NCBI GenBank assembly: GCA_041556555.1
Contig: JBFFIE010000005.1
Span: 7,998-71,997, forward strand
DNA: 64,000 nt
Direction: 5' to 3'
Source of the DNA: Gammaproteobacteria bacterium
Lineage (GTDB): Bacteria > Pseudomonadota > Gammaproteobacteria > Eutrophobiales > Eutrophobiaceae
The position numbers and the translations under genes are program-made. Positions 19,882 to 30,800 of this stretch are shown piece by piece (the first letter of the stretch is position 1; every line of letters begins with the position of its first letter). The notes below the pieces were generated by a model. The model was not told the DNA's origin. It saw only the letters and a program-made list of their open reading frames with translations, and searched no databases.

Positions 19882-21027
19882 TTATTGGTTATAGATTATA
19901 CGATTTTGTTTAACTGGTATTACGCAGCGGAAACCAAGGTGATTCGTGCCCGTGGAAATCTCACCCTTACCGCGCGTTCCTACCATATAACGGGAACAAT
20001 ACTGATTAGTACACAGGAACGATCCGCCTCGGTGAACCCGTTTCATCTGATTGGGCTCGACCGGATCATAGGAAGTCTCGGGGCCTTGCGGGTTGTATGC
20101 GATCTCTCCGGTAAGCGCCAATCGTGCATAGTAATCGGGCCGGTACCAGTCACTGGTCCATTCCCAGACATTGCCCGCCACGTCATAGAGTCCATAATCG
20201 TTTGGCGGGAACTGCGCAACCGGTGAGATACCCAGGTATTGATCCTCCGCAGTATCCTGGTTGGGGAATTGGCCTTGATGCACATTCGCCATCCATTTCC
20301 CGTTTTTATGAAAACTATTACCCCAGGGATAAATCTTCCCGCTCAGGCCGCCGCGTGCTGCAAATTCCCATTCGGCCTCGGTTGGTAGTCTTTTCCCGGC
20401 CCATCTGGCATAAGCCTCAGCATCTTCATAAGCGATATGGACAACCGGATAATCTGCTCGGCCTTCCAGATTACTGCTGGGACCATATGGCTGGCGCCAG
20501 TTTGCACCTTTTACGTAGCTCCACCACTGGAAGTGATTATTGAGTGGTACCGGCTGGTTTGGTGGAGTAAACACCACGGAACCTGCCACCAGGTTTTCCG
20601 GTGGTGCACCTGGAAAATCTTCAGGTCTGGGCTTGCGTTCAGCAACAGTGATGTAACCAGTTTCTTCAACAAAGCGTGCAAATTGCTTGTTTGTGACCTC
20701 GGTCTTGTCCATCCAGAAGCCATCGACATAAACCGGGTGAATCGGCCGGGAGTCGTGCGTGGCTTGCATACCGACATCGTTCCTGTCATTACCGTAAGGA
20801 TTGGCTGCACCCATGGAAAAACGACCGCCCGGGATCCAGACCATACCATCCGGTGCGGGTCCGGGCGGTGAGACCTTATTGGGAATGGTTTCCTGGAAGA
20901 CTTCAAACTGCGGCGGGGGTGCTTCAGTTTTGCTGTCCAACTGTAATTTCCAACCTGCTATACCAATTGCAAAGAACAGGACAGCGATTAGTATGAATTT
21001 TGCTGCCTTAATGGGTCCCTTATCCAA
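19882..21027 (-). CDS. Formylglycine-generating enzyme family (sulfatase modifying factor)
   Basis: RLPTEAEWEFAARGG, GNVWEW, RGGSFLCTNQYC, GFRC. Confidence 0.92.
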   Translation of the reverse strand: MDKGPIKAAKFILIAVLFFAIGIAGWKLQLDSKTEAPPPQFEVFQETIPNKVSPPGPAPDGMVWIPGGRFSMGAANPYGNDRNDVGMQATHDSRPIHPVYVDGFWMDKTEVTNKQFARFVEETGYITVAERKPRPEDFPGAPPENLVAGSVVFTPPNQPVPLNNHFQWWSYVKGANWRQPYGPSSNLEGRADYPVVHIAYEDAEAYARWAGKRLPTEAEWEFAARGGLSGKIYPWGNSFHKNGKWMANVHQGQFPNQDTAEDQYLGISPVAQFPPNDYGLYDVAGNVWEWTSDWYRPDYYARLALTGEIAYNPQGPETSYDPVEPNQMKRVHRGGSFLCTNQYCSRYMVGTRGKGEISTGTNHLGFRCVIPVKQNRIIYNQ

Positions 21028-21327
21028 CGTCTTTTTAACCTTTCTCGCTTGTTATGATTTTCTTTGAGTTCAATTGAACATTACCTTGGGCTCCTTCTCT
21101 ACTTGGCTGTATAGGGTACGTAGGCAGCTAATATTATGAGGACTGTTAAATACAGTTATCCTTGATCAATATTTATACAGTCAAGGAAAAGCAAGGTAAA
21201 AAATAATTATATTTGAACGTGTGTTAAATCTGAATAAGTTAAATATTCTATCATAGTTTTGTCATATTATTTATCAATTAGTTAGTTGTGATAGTTGATG
21301 TAAGTAATAAGTAATTTATGAATTTCG

Positions 21328-24021
21328 TTATTTTCTAAATAGCTTGTAACCTTCGGACATCCATAAAAGGCTGGTTGCCAGTAGCAGGAGAAACAGTCCT
21401 TCCTGCAGGCTTACCGGTTTTATTACCAGTATGTCACTGAGTACGGGAAGGTGCATGGCCGTGATATGTAATAACAAGGCTGCTATAACACTTATCACCA
21501 GAAAGACATTTTGAAACGGATTATGAAGGAACACGGATCGTCGTTCAGACCGGCTGTTAAAGGCCTGGATATTTTCAAACAATACCATTAATAACAATAC
21601 AACATTTCGGGCCTCGTCTACTGTATGCCCGTTGGCAAGCAGTGATGCGAACATAACAAAAGAGATGGAACCAATTACCAGTGCGGATGAAAAGACACGT
21701 TCGATCATTATCCTGTTGAAAATCGGTTCTCTTGGGGATCGCGGTTTTTGTTTTAATTCATCGCCTTCCCCGGGCTCAAAAGCAAGTGCCACGTCCTGTA
21801 TGCCATTGGTCACCAGGTTTAACCAGAGCAATTGTACAGCTGTTAAGGGAATAGTGTGGCCGGACAGTAAAGAGAGAATAAATAAAACAATTTCTCCGAC
21901 GCCGGTCGATAATAATAAAAAGATTACCTTTCTTACATTGGCGTATGCAATACGCCCCTCTTCTATTCCAGAGATGATGGATGCGAAATTATCATCTGTA
22001 ATAATCATGTCCGAGGTTTCGCGTGCCACATCGGTCCCTTTTTTGCCCATTGCAACACCCACATGAGATGCACGCAGTGCCGGTGCGTCATTGGCACCAT
22101 CCCCGGTTACTGCAACAAAGTGACCGAGACGCTGTAATGATTGCACAATCTGTAATTTATGGTGTGGTTCAACCCGTGCAAATACTTTTGCATCTTTGAC
22201 CAGGTCATCAAAAGCTGTTTGATCAAATTCTTTGAGGAGATGATTGATTTGTTGCCCGGTAACGACTTCTTCCAGAGAGTCAGCCATACCCAGATCACGC
22301 GCAATCGCCAGTGCTGTATTCGGATGATCTCCCGTAATCATCGCGACTGATATTCCCGCATCCCGGCACTTTTTAACTGCCTCAACGGCCTCCTTGCGGA
22401 GTGGATCGATCATCCCCACCAGCCCCAGCAGGCATAATCCCTTCAGATGTTCAGGCGAAAACACCTGCTTACCACGTAAAGGGATTTCTCCATCCGCCAC
22501 TGCCATGACCCGGAAACCCTGATCTGCCATGCTTTTTGCCTGAGATATGATGTTTTCCCGGTTAATTGGTACCTCACCATCCATCGTTAGCATGTGATCG
22601 CACATCATGACGACCTGTTCGAATGCGCCTTTGACATGCGCAATCGTCGATTTATTATTTTTATTTAATGCAGCAGCGTATCTCTGTTCTGATTCATAGG
22701 GAATACTGGATATTTCCGGAAACTGATGTAATGACTCCTGTCTGGTAATTCCTGCTTTGTGGGCCATGACCAGGAATGCAATATCGACTGCATCCCCGTG
22801 ACCAGTCCATAAACCATCATGGCGGCCCAGGAAACCTTCATTTGCCAATACAGATGCTTTTGCGATTCTCTGGATAATTGATTGAAGATTTTTATCCGGG
22901 CGATTCCCGTTAAATTTGAACATTCCTTCCGGTATTAACCCTGCGCCGGAGATGTTCAGCTCTTCACCAGCGGGCAGGGCCAGTTTCCTTACCGTTAGTT
23001 CGTTTACAGTGAGTGTCCCAGTCTTGTCCGTTGCAATGAAAGTGCACGAACCCAGTGCTTCAACGGTCACCAGTTTTCGTGCAATCACATTTCGTTTTGC
23101 CATTCGTCTCATGGCAATTGAAAGTGCAATAGTCATTGCAACAGGCAAGCCTTCGGGAATGGCGGCCACTGCCAGGGCTGCGATAACCATAATGACCTGA
23201 ATCCAACCCATCCCCTGGGTGTATGCAGCAATGCCGATTAATAGTGACGCCATAAGCACCAGGACGGTGACTCGGAAGGTAAATCTCTCCATGCGGATCA
23301 ATAGCGGCGGCTTGGTCTTGCGACGGGCAAGTAATGTCTCTGCGATCTGTCCGAGCTGGGTATGGATACCGGTATGGGAAATCACACCTACCGCACGTCC
23401 TGTTGTTACCAGTGTGCCTGTAAATGCCATATTGCTTCGGTCGGCGACAGGTGTGTCAGCTTTCAAAATATCTTCATGGTTCTTGCTTACCGGTAATGAT
23501 TCACCGGTAAGTAAGGATTCATCGATCTGAAGATTTCGGGATTCAAGCAGGCGAAGATCTGCCGGAACCCTGTCACCGGATTCAAGTAGAGTAATATCAC
23601 CGGGCACGAGCTTGTCGGTTTCAATTTCATAGGCTTCCTGGTCACGTATAACCTTTGCATGTAGATTAATCAGTTGATGCAGGGATTCAGCACTTTTCTG
23701 AGCGGAATACTCCTGTATGGCACCGATAATTGAATTCAAAATTAGCACGATCATTATGAAAGAGGCATCCGAGTACTTTTCAATCGCTAATGAAGCCACT
23801 GCTGCGACAAGCAGGATATAAATCAATGGATTCAGGAATTGCTTGAAAAAAATGATGATTGGCCCAGGTAGACGAGGTCTGGGGAGTACATTCATGCCGT
23901 ATGTTGCCAGTCGTTGATTTACTTCATCCAGTGCGAGGCCATGTCGACTGCTGTTTAATGCCTTCAGGACATCCGCCGTGGCTGCGGCATGAGGTTGAAT
24001 TTGATTTTTATTAAAATTCAT
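21328..24021 (-). CDS. P2A-type cation-transporting ATPase
   Basis: LTGES, IPEGLP, DKTGTLT, TGDGANDAPAL, LWLNLVTNG. Confidence 0.93.
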   Translation of the reverse strand: MNFNKNQIQPHAAATADVLKALNSSRHGLALDEVNQRLATYGMNVLPRPRLPGPIIIFFKQFLNPLIYILLVAAVASLAIEKYSDASFIMIVLILNSIIGAIQEYSAQKSAESLHQLINLHAKVIRDQEAYEIETDKLVPGDITLLESGDRVPADLRLLESRNLQIDESLLTGESLPVSKNHEDILKADTPVADRSNMAFTGTLVTTGRAVGVISHTGIHTQLGQIAETLLARRKTKPPLLIRMERFTFRVTVLVLMASLLIGIAAYTQGMGWIQVIMVIAALAVAAIPEGLPVAMTIALSIAMRRMAKRNVIARKLVTVEALGSCTFIATDKTGTLTVNELTVRKLALPAGEELNISGAGLIPEGMFKFNGNRPDKNLQSIIQRIAKASVLANEGFLGRHDGLWTGHGDAVDIAFLVMAHKAGITRQESLHQFPEISSIPYESEQRYAAALNKNNKSTIAHVKGAFEQVVMMCDHMLTMDGEVPINRENIISQAKSMADQGFRVMAVADGEIPLRGKQVFSPEHLKGLCLLGLVGMIDPLRKEAVEAVKKCRDAGISVAMITGDHPNTALAIARDLGMADSLEEVVTGQQINHLLKEFDQTAFDDLVKDAKVFARVEPHHKLQIVQSLQRLGHFVAVTGDGANDAPALRASHVGVAMGKKGTDVARETSDMIITDDNFASIISGIEEGRIAYANVRKVIFLLLSTGVGEIVLFILSLLSGHTIPLTAVQLLWLNLVTNGIQDVALAFEPGEGDELKQKPRSPREPIFNRIMIERVFSSALVIGSISFVMFASLLANGHTVDEARNVVLLLMVLFENIQAFNSRSERRSVFLHNPFQNVFLVISVIAALLLHITAMHLPVLSDILVIKPVSLQEGLFLLLLATSLLWMSEGYKLFRK

Positions 24022-24583
24022 AAGGAAGACAGGGGTTGCAACACATATGGAAAGTCATAAAGTCTGTTGTCAGATAGCCCAGCCTCTAATTAACCACCCG
24101 GTGTTGAGTTAATGTATAAATACTCTCTGACTGACATAGAGTGTTGTGAGTGAATAAAATACAAGATCTGTTTACCAGATATCCGCCCAGGTATGGCGAT
24201 GCAACAAAAAGGATTACATCATCAGATGTGGAAGACAAGGAATTTTTTATCAGAAAAAATGTCATAAATATTCTGTCCGATCTTTAAAGAACCTGTAAAT
24301 ATTGTTCACTAATTGAGTGGTCGCTGGCAGTAAGGCAGCAAAGCAAGGCATTTCTTTACGGCTGGATTCCGGCGAATCTGGCTCCAATGGGTTCAGGAAG
24401 ACGGCTGGTCAAGGGACATCAGCAGGGGTGCGGATACCGCTTTTCTGATATGCGCCCGGTACTATTTCTAATAGTAAAATGGCACCGTGTATCCCCTGGG
24501 CCTGAAATATTCAGGCTTTTTAACCTGGGTCTGGATTCGGTAAAAGTAATAGATTTTTTACAAAGAAGTACTAATATATAGAC

Positions 24584-25033
24584 ATGCAAAAGCACCATTT
24601 TCATATCTTCAGAGCAATTCGCGCAAACGGAAGGCCGTTATCAAGTGGTTTACTTGCGCTCCTGCTCGGTAGCTGGCTATCTGTATTCTGTACATATTGT
24701 CTTGCTGCTGTGGATATTAATGATTTCGTTAACCATGCGGCGCACGCTTCTGATCAGCATTGTCCACCGGCTGAGAATATTCAAAACAGCGCCTATGATG
24801 ATGAATCATGTCGAGGAATATGTGACTGTGATGCGGTTGCTACCATGCCCGTCAAGAAATCTGATATAAAAGCTGTCGTTGTAAAACTCAGCACAGAACA
24901 TCAGTACGCCACTTTCAATCAGGATATTCAATATACCAGAAAAAATAAGAATACTTCCTGTAATAATCCTTATCAAAATCCGGAACGCTCTTATTTCCTG
25001 CCACTCGAAAGATTCTGTGTTCTCCTGAATTAG
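24584..25033 (+). CDS. Cys/His-rich small protein leading the cus operon (CzcI/DUF2946-like)
   Basis: CTYC, HAAHASDQHC, CRGICDC, C-terminal RFCVLLN; directly upstream of TolC gene. Confidence 0.6.
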   Translation: MQKHHFHIFRAIRANGRPLSSGLLALLLGSWLSVFCTYCLAAVDINDFVNHAAHASDQHCPPAENIQNSAYDDESCRGICDCDAVATMPVKKSDIKAVVVKLSTEHQYATFNQDIQYTRKNKNTSCNNPYQNPERSYFLPLERFCVLLN

Positions 25034-25089
25034 TTAACTTCTTCAGTATGTAAAACCGTTTGTTAGTGGTTTCACTGAAGGAGTTAGCT

Positions 25090-26367
25090 ATGGATAACAG
25101 AAATCAGTTATTTAAAAAAATAGTTTATTTAATAATCTATCAGGCTATAAACCTGTTTTCATTGCCGTTGTACGCTGCTGATGTATTGTCATTAAGCGAG
25201 GCGGAACAACTGGCTATCAAGCTTGATCCGATCACAAAAAGTTACGTTGCACGCTCTGAAAGTTTAGCTGAACTGTCAATTTCTGACGGTCAATTGCCTG
25301 ATCCACGATTAAAACTGGGCGCAGCGAATTTTCCTGTAGATACATTTGATCGTGGACAGGAGCCTATGACGCAATTGCAAGTAGGGATTCAGCAGTCGTT
25401 TCCGCCAGGCAACACACTTCAATACCGCAGGGAAAGAACGAAAGCCCTGTCTGATATTGAACAATCACGTTCCTTTGTTCGCACTCTCGAAGTATCGCGT
25501 AACGTGCGAATTCGCTTTCTGGAACTTTACTATCAGTCTGCAGCACAGGGCATTCTTGAAGAAAACAGGTTTTTGTTTTCACAATTGCTGAATATAACCC
25601 AGCGTCATTATGCAGCAGGGCGTAATAACCAGCACGATGTTCTCCGAGCACAACTGGAACTGTCATTGATTGATAATCGAATACTGGAAACTATCCAGTC
25701 CAGGGAAACTGCAATTGCAGAGCTGGGCAAATTCATTGGACAGGAAAACTCAATCAGGCCAGTACAGGATGAGTTCCCAGACCTTGAAAATATACCTTCT
25801 TTTTCAATCATTAAGGAAAATCTTGTAAATCACCCGTTAATAAATATTGAGGATGCAGCTTTGCTTGCCAGCGATAAAAAAATCAGTGAAGTTGAGGAGC
25901 AATTCAAACCGACTTTCAATATTGATGTGACTTATGGTGAGCGCACCGGTAAGGATTTTGAGGGTGATTCCCGGCCTGATCTTTTATCAGCGATGCTGCT
26001 GGTTGATCTGCCGATATTTACTGATAAACGCCAGGACAGGCGATTGGCTGCAGCTAAAAAAGAAAAAGTAGCCTTGCAATTTGAACGTACAGATAAACTT
26101 CTGGAGTTGAGGAGTATGGCAGAACGTGAATATGCAAACTGGAGCCGTCTGAATGACAGGCTGGAATTGTTTGAGCAACGGACAATCGCTGATGCAAAAA
26201 TGAATGTTGATTCCACACTCAGCGCCTATCAGAACGATGTAACGGACTTTACGACACTGATGCGTTCTTATTTGACGGAACTGGAAACCAGACTCGATAT
26301 GTTACGAGTAAGAGTTGAAAAAGCAAAAGTCCAGTCGAAACTGCTCTACTTGACGGGAGAATGGTAA
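25090..26367 (+). CDS. TolC-family outer membrane protein of heavy-metal RND system (CusC-like)
   Basis: LPDPRLKLG, QEPMTQ, LPIF..RQDR; upstream of cusB/cusA. Confidence 0.88.
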   Translation: MDNRNQLFKKIVYLIIYQAINLFSLPLYAADVLSLSEAEQLAIKLDPITKSYVARSESLAELSISDGQLPDPRLKLGAANFPVDTFDRGQEPMTQLQVGIQQSFPPGNTLQYRRERTKALSDIEQSRSFVRTLEVSRNVRIRFLELYYQSAAQGILEENRFLFSQLLNITQRHYAAGRNNQHDVLRAQLELSLIDNRILETIQSRETAIAELGKFIGQENSIRPVQDEFPDLENIPSFSIIKENLVNHPLINIEDAALLASDKKISEVEEQFKPTFNIDVTYGERTGKDFEGDSRPDLLSAMLLVDLPIFTDKRQDRRLAAAKKEKVALQFERTDKLLELRSMAEREYANWSRLNDRLELFEQRTIADAKMNVDSTLSAYQNDVTDFTTLMRSYLTELETRLDMLRVRVEKAKVQSKLLYLTGEW

Positions 26368-27836
26368 TGAAAAAGGTCTGGTTATTGGTGTTAGTGCTGT
26401 TCATTGCTGTTCCGGTCGTTATTTACATGCAGTATAAATCCAATACGTCCCAGAGTCATAAGGAAGATGAAAAGGAGATTTTATACTGGGTGGCGCCTAT
26501 GGACCCGAATTATCGTCGCGATAAACCCGGCAAATCACCCATGGGAATGGAACTCGTCCCCGTGTATTCAGGTTCTGAAGAGGAGGATGCGGCTGTTGTC
26601 CGTATCTCACCCGAAGTAGTCAACAATCTCGGTGTGAGAACAGCCAGAGTGGAAAAAAGCAAATTATCAAGGCGCATTGAAACTGTCGGTTATATTAATT
26701 ATGACGAGTCCAAGATAAGCCATGTCCACCTGCGTGCGGAAGGGTGGATACATAATCTCGTGGCTGATACCGAGGGAGAAAGAGTCAAAAATGGACAACT
26801 CCTGTTTACCCTTTATTCCCCTATGCTGGTCAATGCGCAGGAAGAATACCTGCAGGCTGTTGCCTCAGGTAACAAGACGCTTGCTGCTGCGTCCAGGGAA
26901 CGATTGCTGGCACTCGGCCTTGTAGATTCACAGATAAAAAAGGCAAGGGAAACAGGGAAACCATCACAATTTGTTGCCAGCTATGCAACCCAATCGGGTG
27001 TGATATCAGCCCTGAATGTAAGACAAGGAATGTATGTTAAACCTGAAACAGAAATAATGTCTCTGGCCAGTCTGGATACTATCTGGATTGAGGCCGAAGT
27101 TTTTGAACGCCAGGCCAGTTGGGTTGCAAGTGGCCAGCTGGCGGAAGCCCGGATACCGGCCATGCCGGGCCAAGTCTGGAAAGGGAATGTCGATTATGTT
27201 TATCCGGAACTTGATGCAACTACACGAACATTGCGTGTTCGACTCAAGTTTAAAAATCCTGATGAATACCTCAAGCCCAATATGTATGCAAATGTATCGA
27301 TTCTGAATGAACCGGGTGGAGCTGTTATTCATATTCCCCGTGAGGCTTTGATTCATGACGGGAGAATCCCCCGTGTCATTCTTGCGCTCGGTAACGGAAG
27401 ATTCAAGGCAAGACAGGTAATACCTGGAATGGAGGGTGATGGCCGCATCGAGATTATAGAAGGGCTGGATGAATCAGATGTGGTTGTCGTATCAGCACAG
27501 TTCCTGATCGATTCGGAAGCGAGTTTGAACGCAAGTTTCCAAAGAATGGAACCTCAAATGAGGAAAATGGAAACAAATAATCATTTTCATCCATATGGGA
27601 AAGGTACAGTCAATTCCATCGATCAAAAGAAACGTTTAATCAATATCAGTCATGAAGCAATTGATTCACTGCAATGGCCGGCGATGACGATGGATTTCAA
27701 GGTTGCTGATCATGTAGATCTTGATTCTCTGGATATTGGTGACCACGTTAAATTTTACCTTGCCAAGGCACCGAATGGTGATTTCTTTATAAGTAATATC
27801 GTCCCTGTCGTTACAGAGGGAAAAGATCATGATTGA
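26361..27836 (+). CDS. cusB: CusB-like periplasmic adaptor with N-terminal metal-binding and C-terminal CusF-like domains
   Basis: YWVAPMDP..PGKSPMGMEL; LKPNMYA; SAQFLIDSE; ISHEAI..LQWPAMTMDF. Confidence 0.9.
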   Translation: MVMKKVWLLVLVLFIAVPVVIYMQYKSNTSQSHKEDEKEILYWVAPMDPNYRRDKPGKSPMGMELVPVYSGSEEEDAAVVRISPEVVNNLGVRTARVEKSKLSRRIETVGYINYDESKISHVHLRAEGWIHNLVADTEGERVKNGQLLFTLYSPMLVNAQEEYLQAVASGNKTLAAASRERLLALGLVDSQIKKARETGKPSQFVASYATQSGVISALNVRQGMYVKPETEIMSLASLDTIWIEAEVFERQASWVASGQLAEARIPAMPGQVWKGNVDYVYPELDATTRTLRVRLKFKNPDEYLKPNMYANVSILNEPGGAVIHIPREALIHDGRIPRVILALGNGRFKARQVIPGMEGDGRIEIIEGLDESDVVVVSAQFLIDSEASLNASFQRMEPQMRKMETNNHFHPYGKGTVNSIDQKKRLINISHEAIDSLQWPAMTMDFKVADHVDLDSLDIGDHVKFYLAKAPNGDFFISNIVPVVTEGKDHD

Positions 27837-30800
27837 ATCTATCATTGACTGGTCGATCCGGAACCGTTTTTTAGTCCTGTTATTATCAGTCCTGCTGGTG
27901 TTTGCAGGAATATATACATTAAAAGAGACGCCTGTCGATGCGATTCCGGACCTGTCAGATGTGCAGGTAATCATCAAAACGTCTTATCCAGGCCAGGCAC
28001 CACAGGTTGTAGAAGATCAGGTTACCTACCCGCTGACCACTGCAATGTTGTCTGTGCCTTATGCCGTAACAGTTCGTGGTTACTCGTTTTTCGGCGATTC
28101 ATACGTGTACGTTATTTTCAAAGATGGAACCGACTTGTACTGGGCCCGCACACGCGTACTGGAATACCTGAGCCAGATTGCGAATCGTCTCCCGGCAAAT
28201 GCCAGACCGGCGCTGGGTCCTGACGCCACCGGCGTTGGCTGGATATATGAATATGCATTGGTTGACCGTAGCGGCAAAAATGATCTCTCCATGCTTCGTT
28301 CTCTGCAGGACTGGTTTCTAAAATACGAATTGCAAACCGTCCCCGGCGTTGCAGAAGTAGCGACCGTTGGCGGTTTTGTAAAACAATACCAGGTTGTGGT
28401 CGATCCCAATCGCCTGCGTGCTTACGATATCCCCATGTCCACTGTAATTCGTGAGATCAAGCGTGCAAACGAAGAAGTGGGTGCATCCGTTATAGAAATG
28501 GCGGAAGCGGAATATATGATACGTTCCAGCGGATATATAACGGGTATAGAAGACATACAAAATATACCTTTAAGTGTAACCGAACGTGGTGTTCCCGTCC
28601 TCCTGGGTGACATAGCGCATGTCCGTATCGGACCTCAGCTCAGGCGTGGTCTTGCTGAACTAAACGGCGAAGGTGAAGTGGTTGGTGGTGTTGTGATCAT
28701 GCGTTGGGGCGATAATGCCATGAAAACAATCAATGCAGTCAAGAAACGATTGCAGGAACTCGGTAACAGCCTGCCTGAAGGTGTTGAAATTATAGAAACC
28801 TATGACCGTTCGGATCTGATAAAACGGGCAATTGAAAACCTCAGGGGTAAGCTTGTTGAAGAATTTATTATTGTCGCCCTGGTCTGCGCAGTATTCCTGT
28901 TCCATTTCCGTTCATCTCTGATAATTGTTTTAAGTCTCCCGCTTGGCATCCTGATTGCCTTTATTATCATGTATCTGCAAGGCATCAATGCCAATATCAT
29001 GTCGCTTGGCGGAATAGCGATTGCCATAGGTGCCATGGTTGATGCTGCTATTGTAATGATTGAAAATGTCCACAAGCATCTGGAGAAATCTGAAGTCACA
29101 TCGGAGCAGAGATGGAAGATAATTTCCAATGTGAGCAAGGAGGTTGGCCCACCGCTGTTTTTCTCGCTTCTCATTATCACGCTCAGTTTTTTGCCGGTAT
29201 TTACACTGGAGGCTCAGGAAGGTCGGTTATTTAAGCCGCTGGCATATACCAAGACCTACGCCATGGCCGCAGCTGCTGGCCTTTCTATTACGTTGATACC
29301 TGTATTGATGGGATATCTGATCAGGGGAAAAATAATCAAGGAAAACAAAAATCCTGTAAACAGAGTGTTGATATTTTTTTACCGCCCCTTTATCAGGCTG
29401 GCGCTGACAATGCCAAAAACAATTATCTTTGCCGCAATTATAATCACCATAATAGGTTTCTATCCTCTGAAAAATCTTGGTACTGAATTCATGCCGGAAC
29501 TCGATGAAGGTGATCTGCTGTATATGCCGAGCACGTTCCCGGCGGTCTCGGTAGGTAAGGCACAGGAAATTTTACAACAGACTGATAAATTGATTCGTAC
29601 AATACCTGAAGTTGAGACAGTATTCGGTAAGATGGGACGAGCAGAAACTGCAACTGACCCTGCTCCATTGTCGATGGTGGAAACCACGATTCAATTGAAA
29701 CCGAGATCAGAGTGGCGTGAGGGCCTTGACCTGGATGGACTCAAGGCTGAACTTAATCGCCTCATACAATTTCCCGGCCTTGCCAATGTGTTTGTCATGC
29801 CAATCAAAAACCGTATTGATATGTTGGCTACGGGGATCAAAACACCGGTGGGCATAAAGATTTCCGGACCCGATTTAAATGTGATCGATAAAATCGGGCT
29901 GGCGATCGAACCTGTGGTAAAAGAAATTCCGGGTGCCGTCTCAGTATATTCCGAACGTGTTACCGGTGGGCGTTACATACAAATCGATATTGACCAGCTC
30001 AAGGCTGCCAGGTTGGGTCTTAATATCAAGGATGTACAGGAGATTATTCAGGCTGCAATCGGTGGTGTGAATGTAACCGAGACAGTTGAAGGCCTGGAAC
30101 GTTACCCGGTCAATGTCCGTTATCCCAGGGCATTCAGGGAATCCGTATCGGATCTGCGTCTGTTGCCCGTTGTCACTCCGACAGGTGCACGAATACCGCT
30201 TGGTGACATTGCCGATATTGAAATAGTCAGCGGCCCGCCAATGATAAAAAGTGAAAACGCTAGGCTTACCGGTTGGGTATTTGTTGATATTGCAGGCCGT
30301 GATATTGCCGGGTTTGTCGAGGAAGCAAAACGTGCAATAACAAACCAGGTAAATCTGCCTTCAGGTTACTCACTCGGCTGGTCCGGCCAGTATGAATACC
30401 TGCAGCGCGCCCAGGAACGGTTACGTGTCGTTGTTCCTTTTACACTGATAATTATCGCATTGCTGCTTTACCTGAATTTCCGGAACCTGGCCGAAGTCGC
30501 CATCATAATGCTCAGCCTGCCGTTTGCCCTGGTAGGTGGCATATGTTATCTCTATCTTCTGGGTTATCACCTGTCAGTGGCAATTGGAGTGGGCTTTATC
30601 GCGCTGGCTGGTGTGGCTGCAGAGACAGGGGTTATCATGCTGGTCTTTCTCAATCAGGCTTACAGGCGCAAACTTGCCATCGCAGAAAGCCACAACCAAC
30701 CGATGTCAGAATATGAACTGAAAGAGGCAGTCACCGAAGGTGCCTTGCTAAGAGTACGCCCCCTTATCATGACTGTGTCAGCCATTATTGCTGGCCTGGT

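Noticed and set aside
24022-24300. Possible yybP-ykoY Mn riboswitch upstream of the P2A ATPase
   Set aside because: Only AGAGAGTA resembles the GGGGAGTA core; other conserved elements not found; a covariance-model search would settle it
24300-24580. Higher-GC intergenic stretch, possible gene or IS remnant
   Set aside because: Short frames with no recognisable motif and no terminal inverted repeats seen
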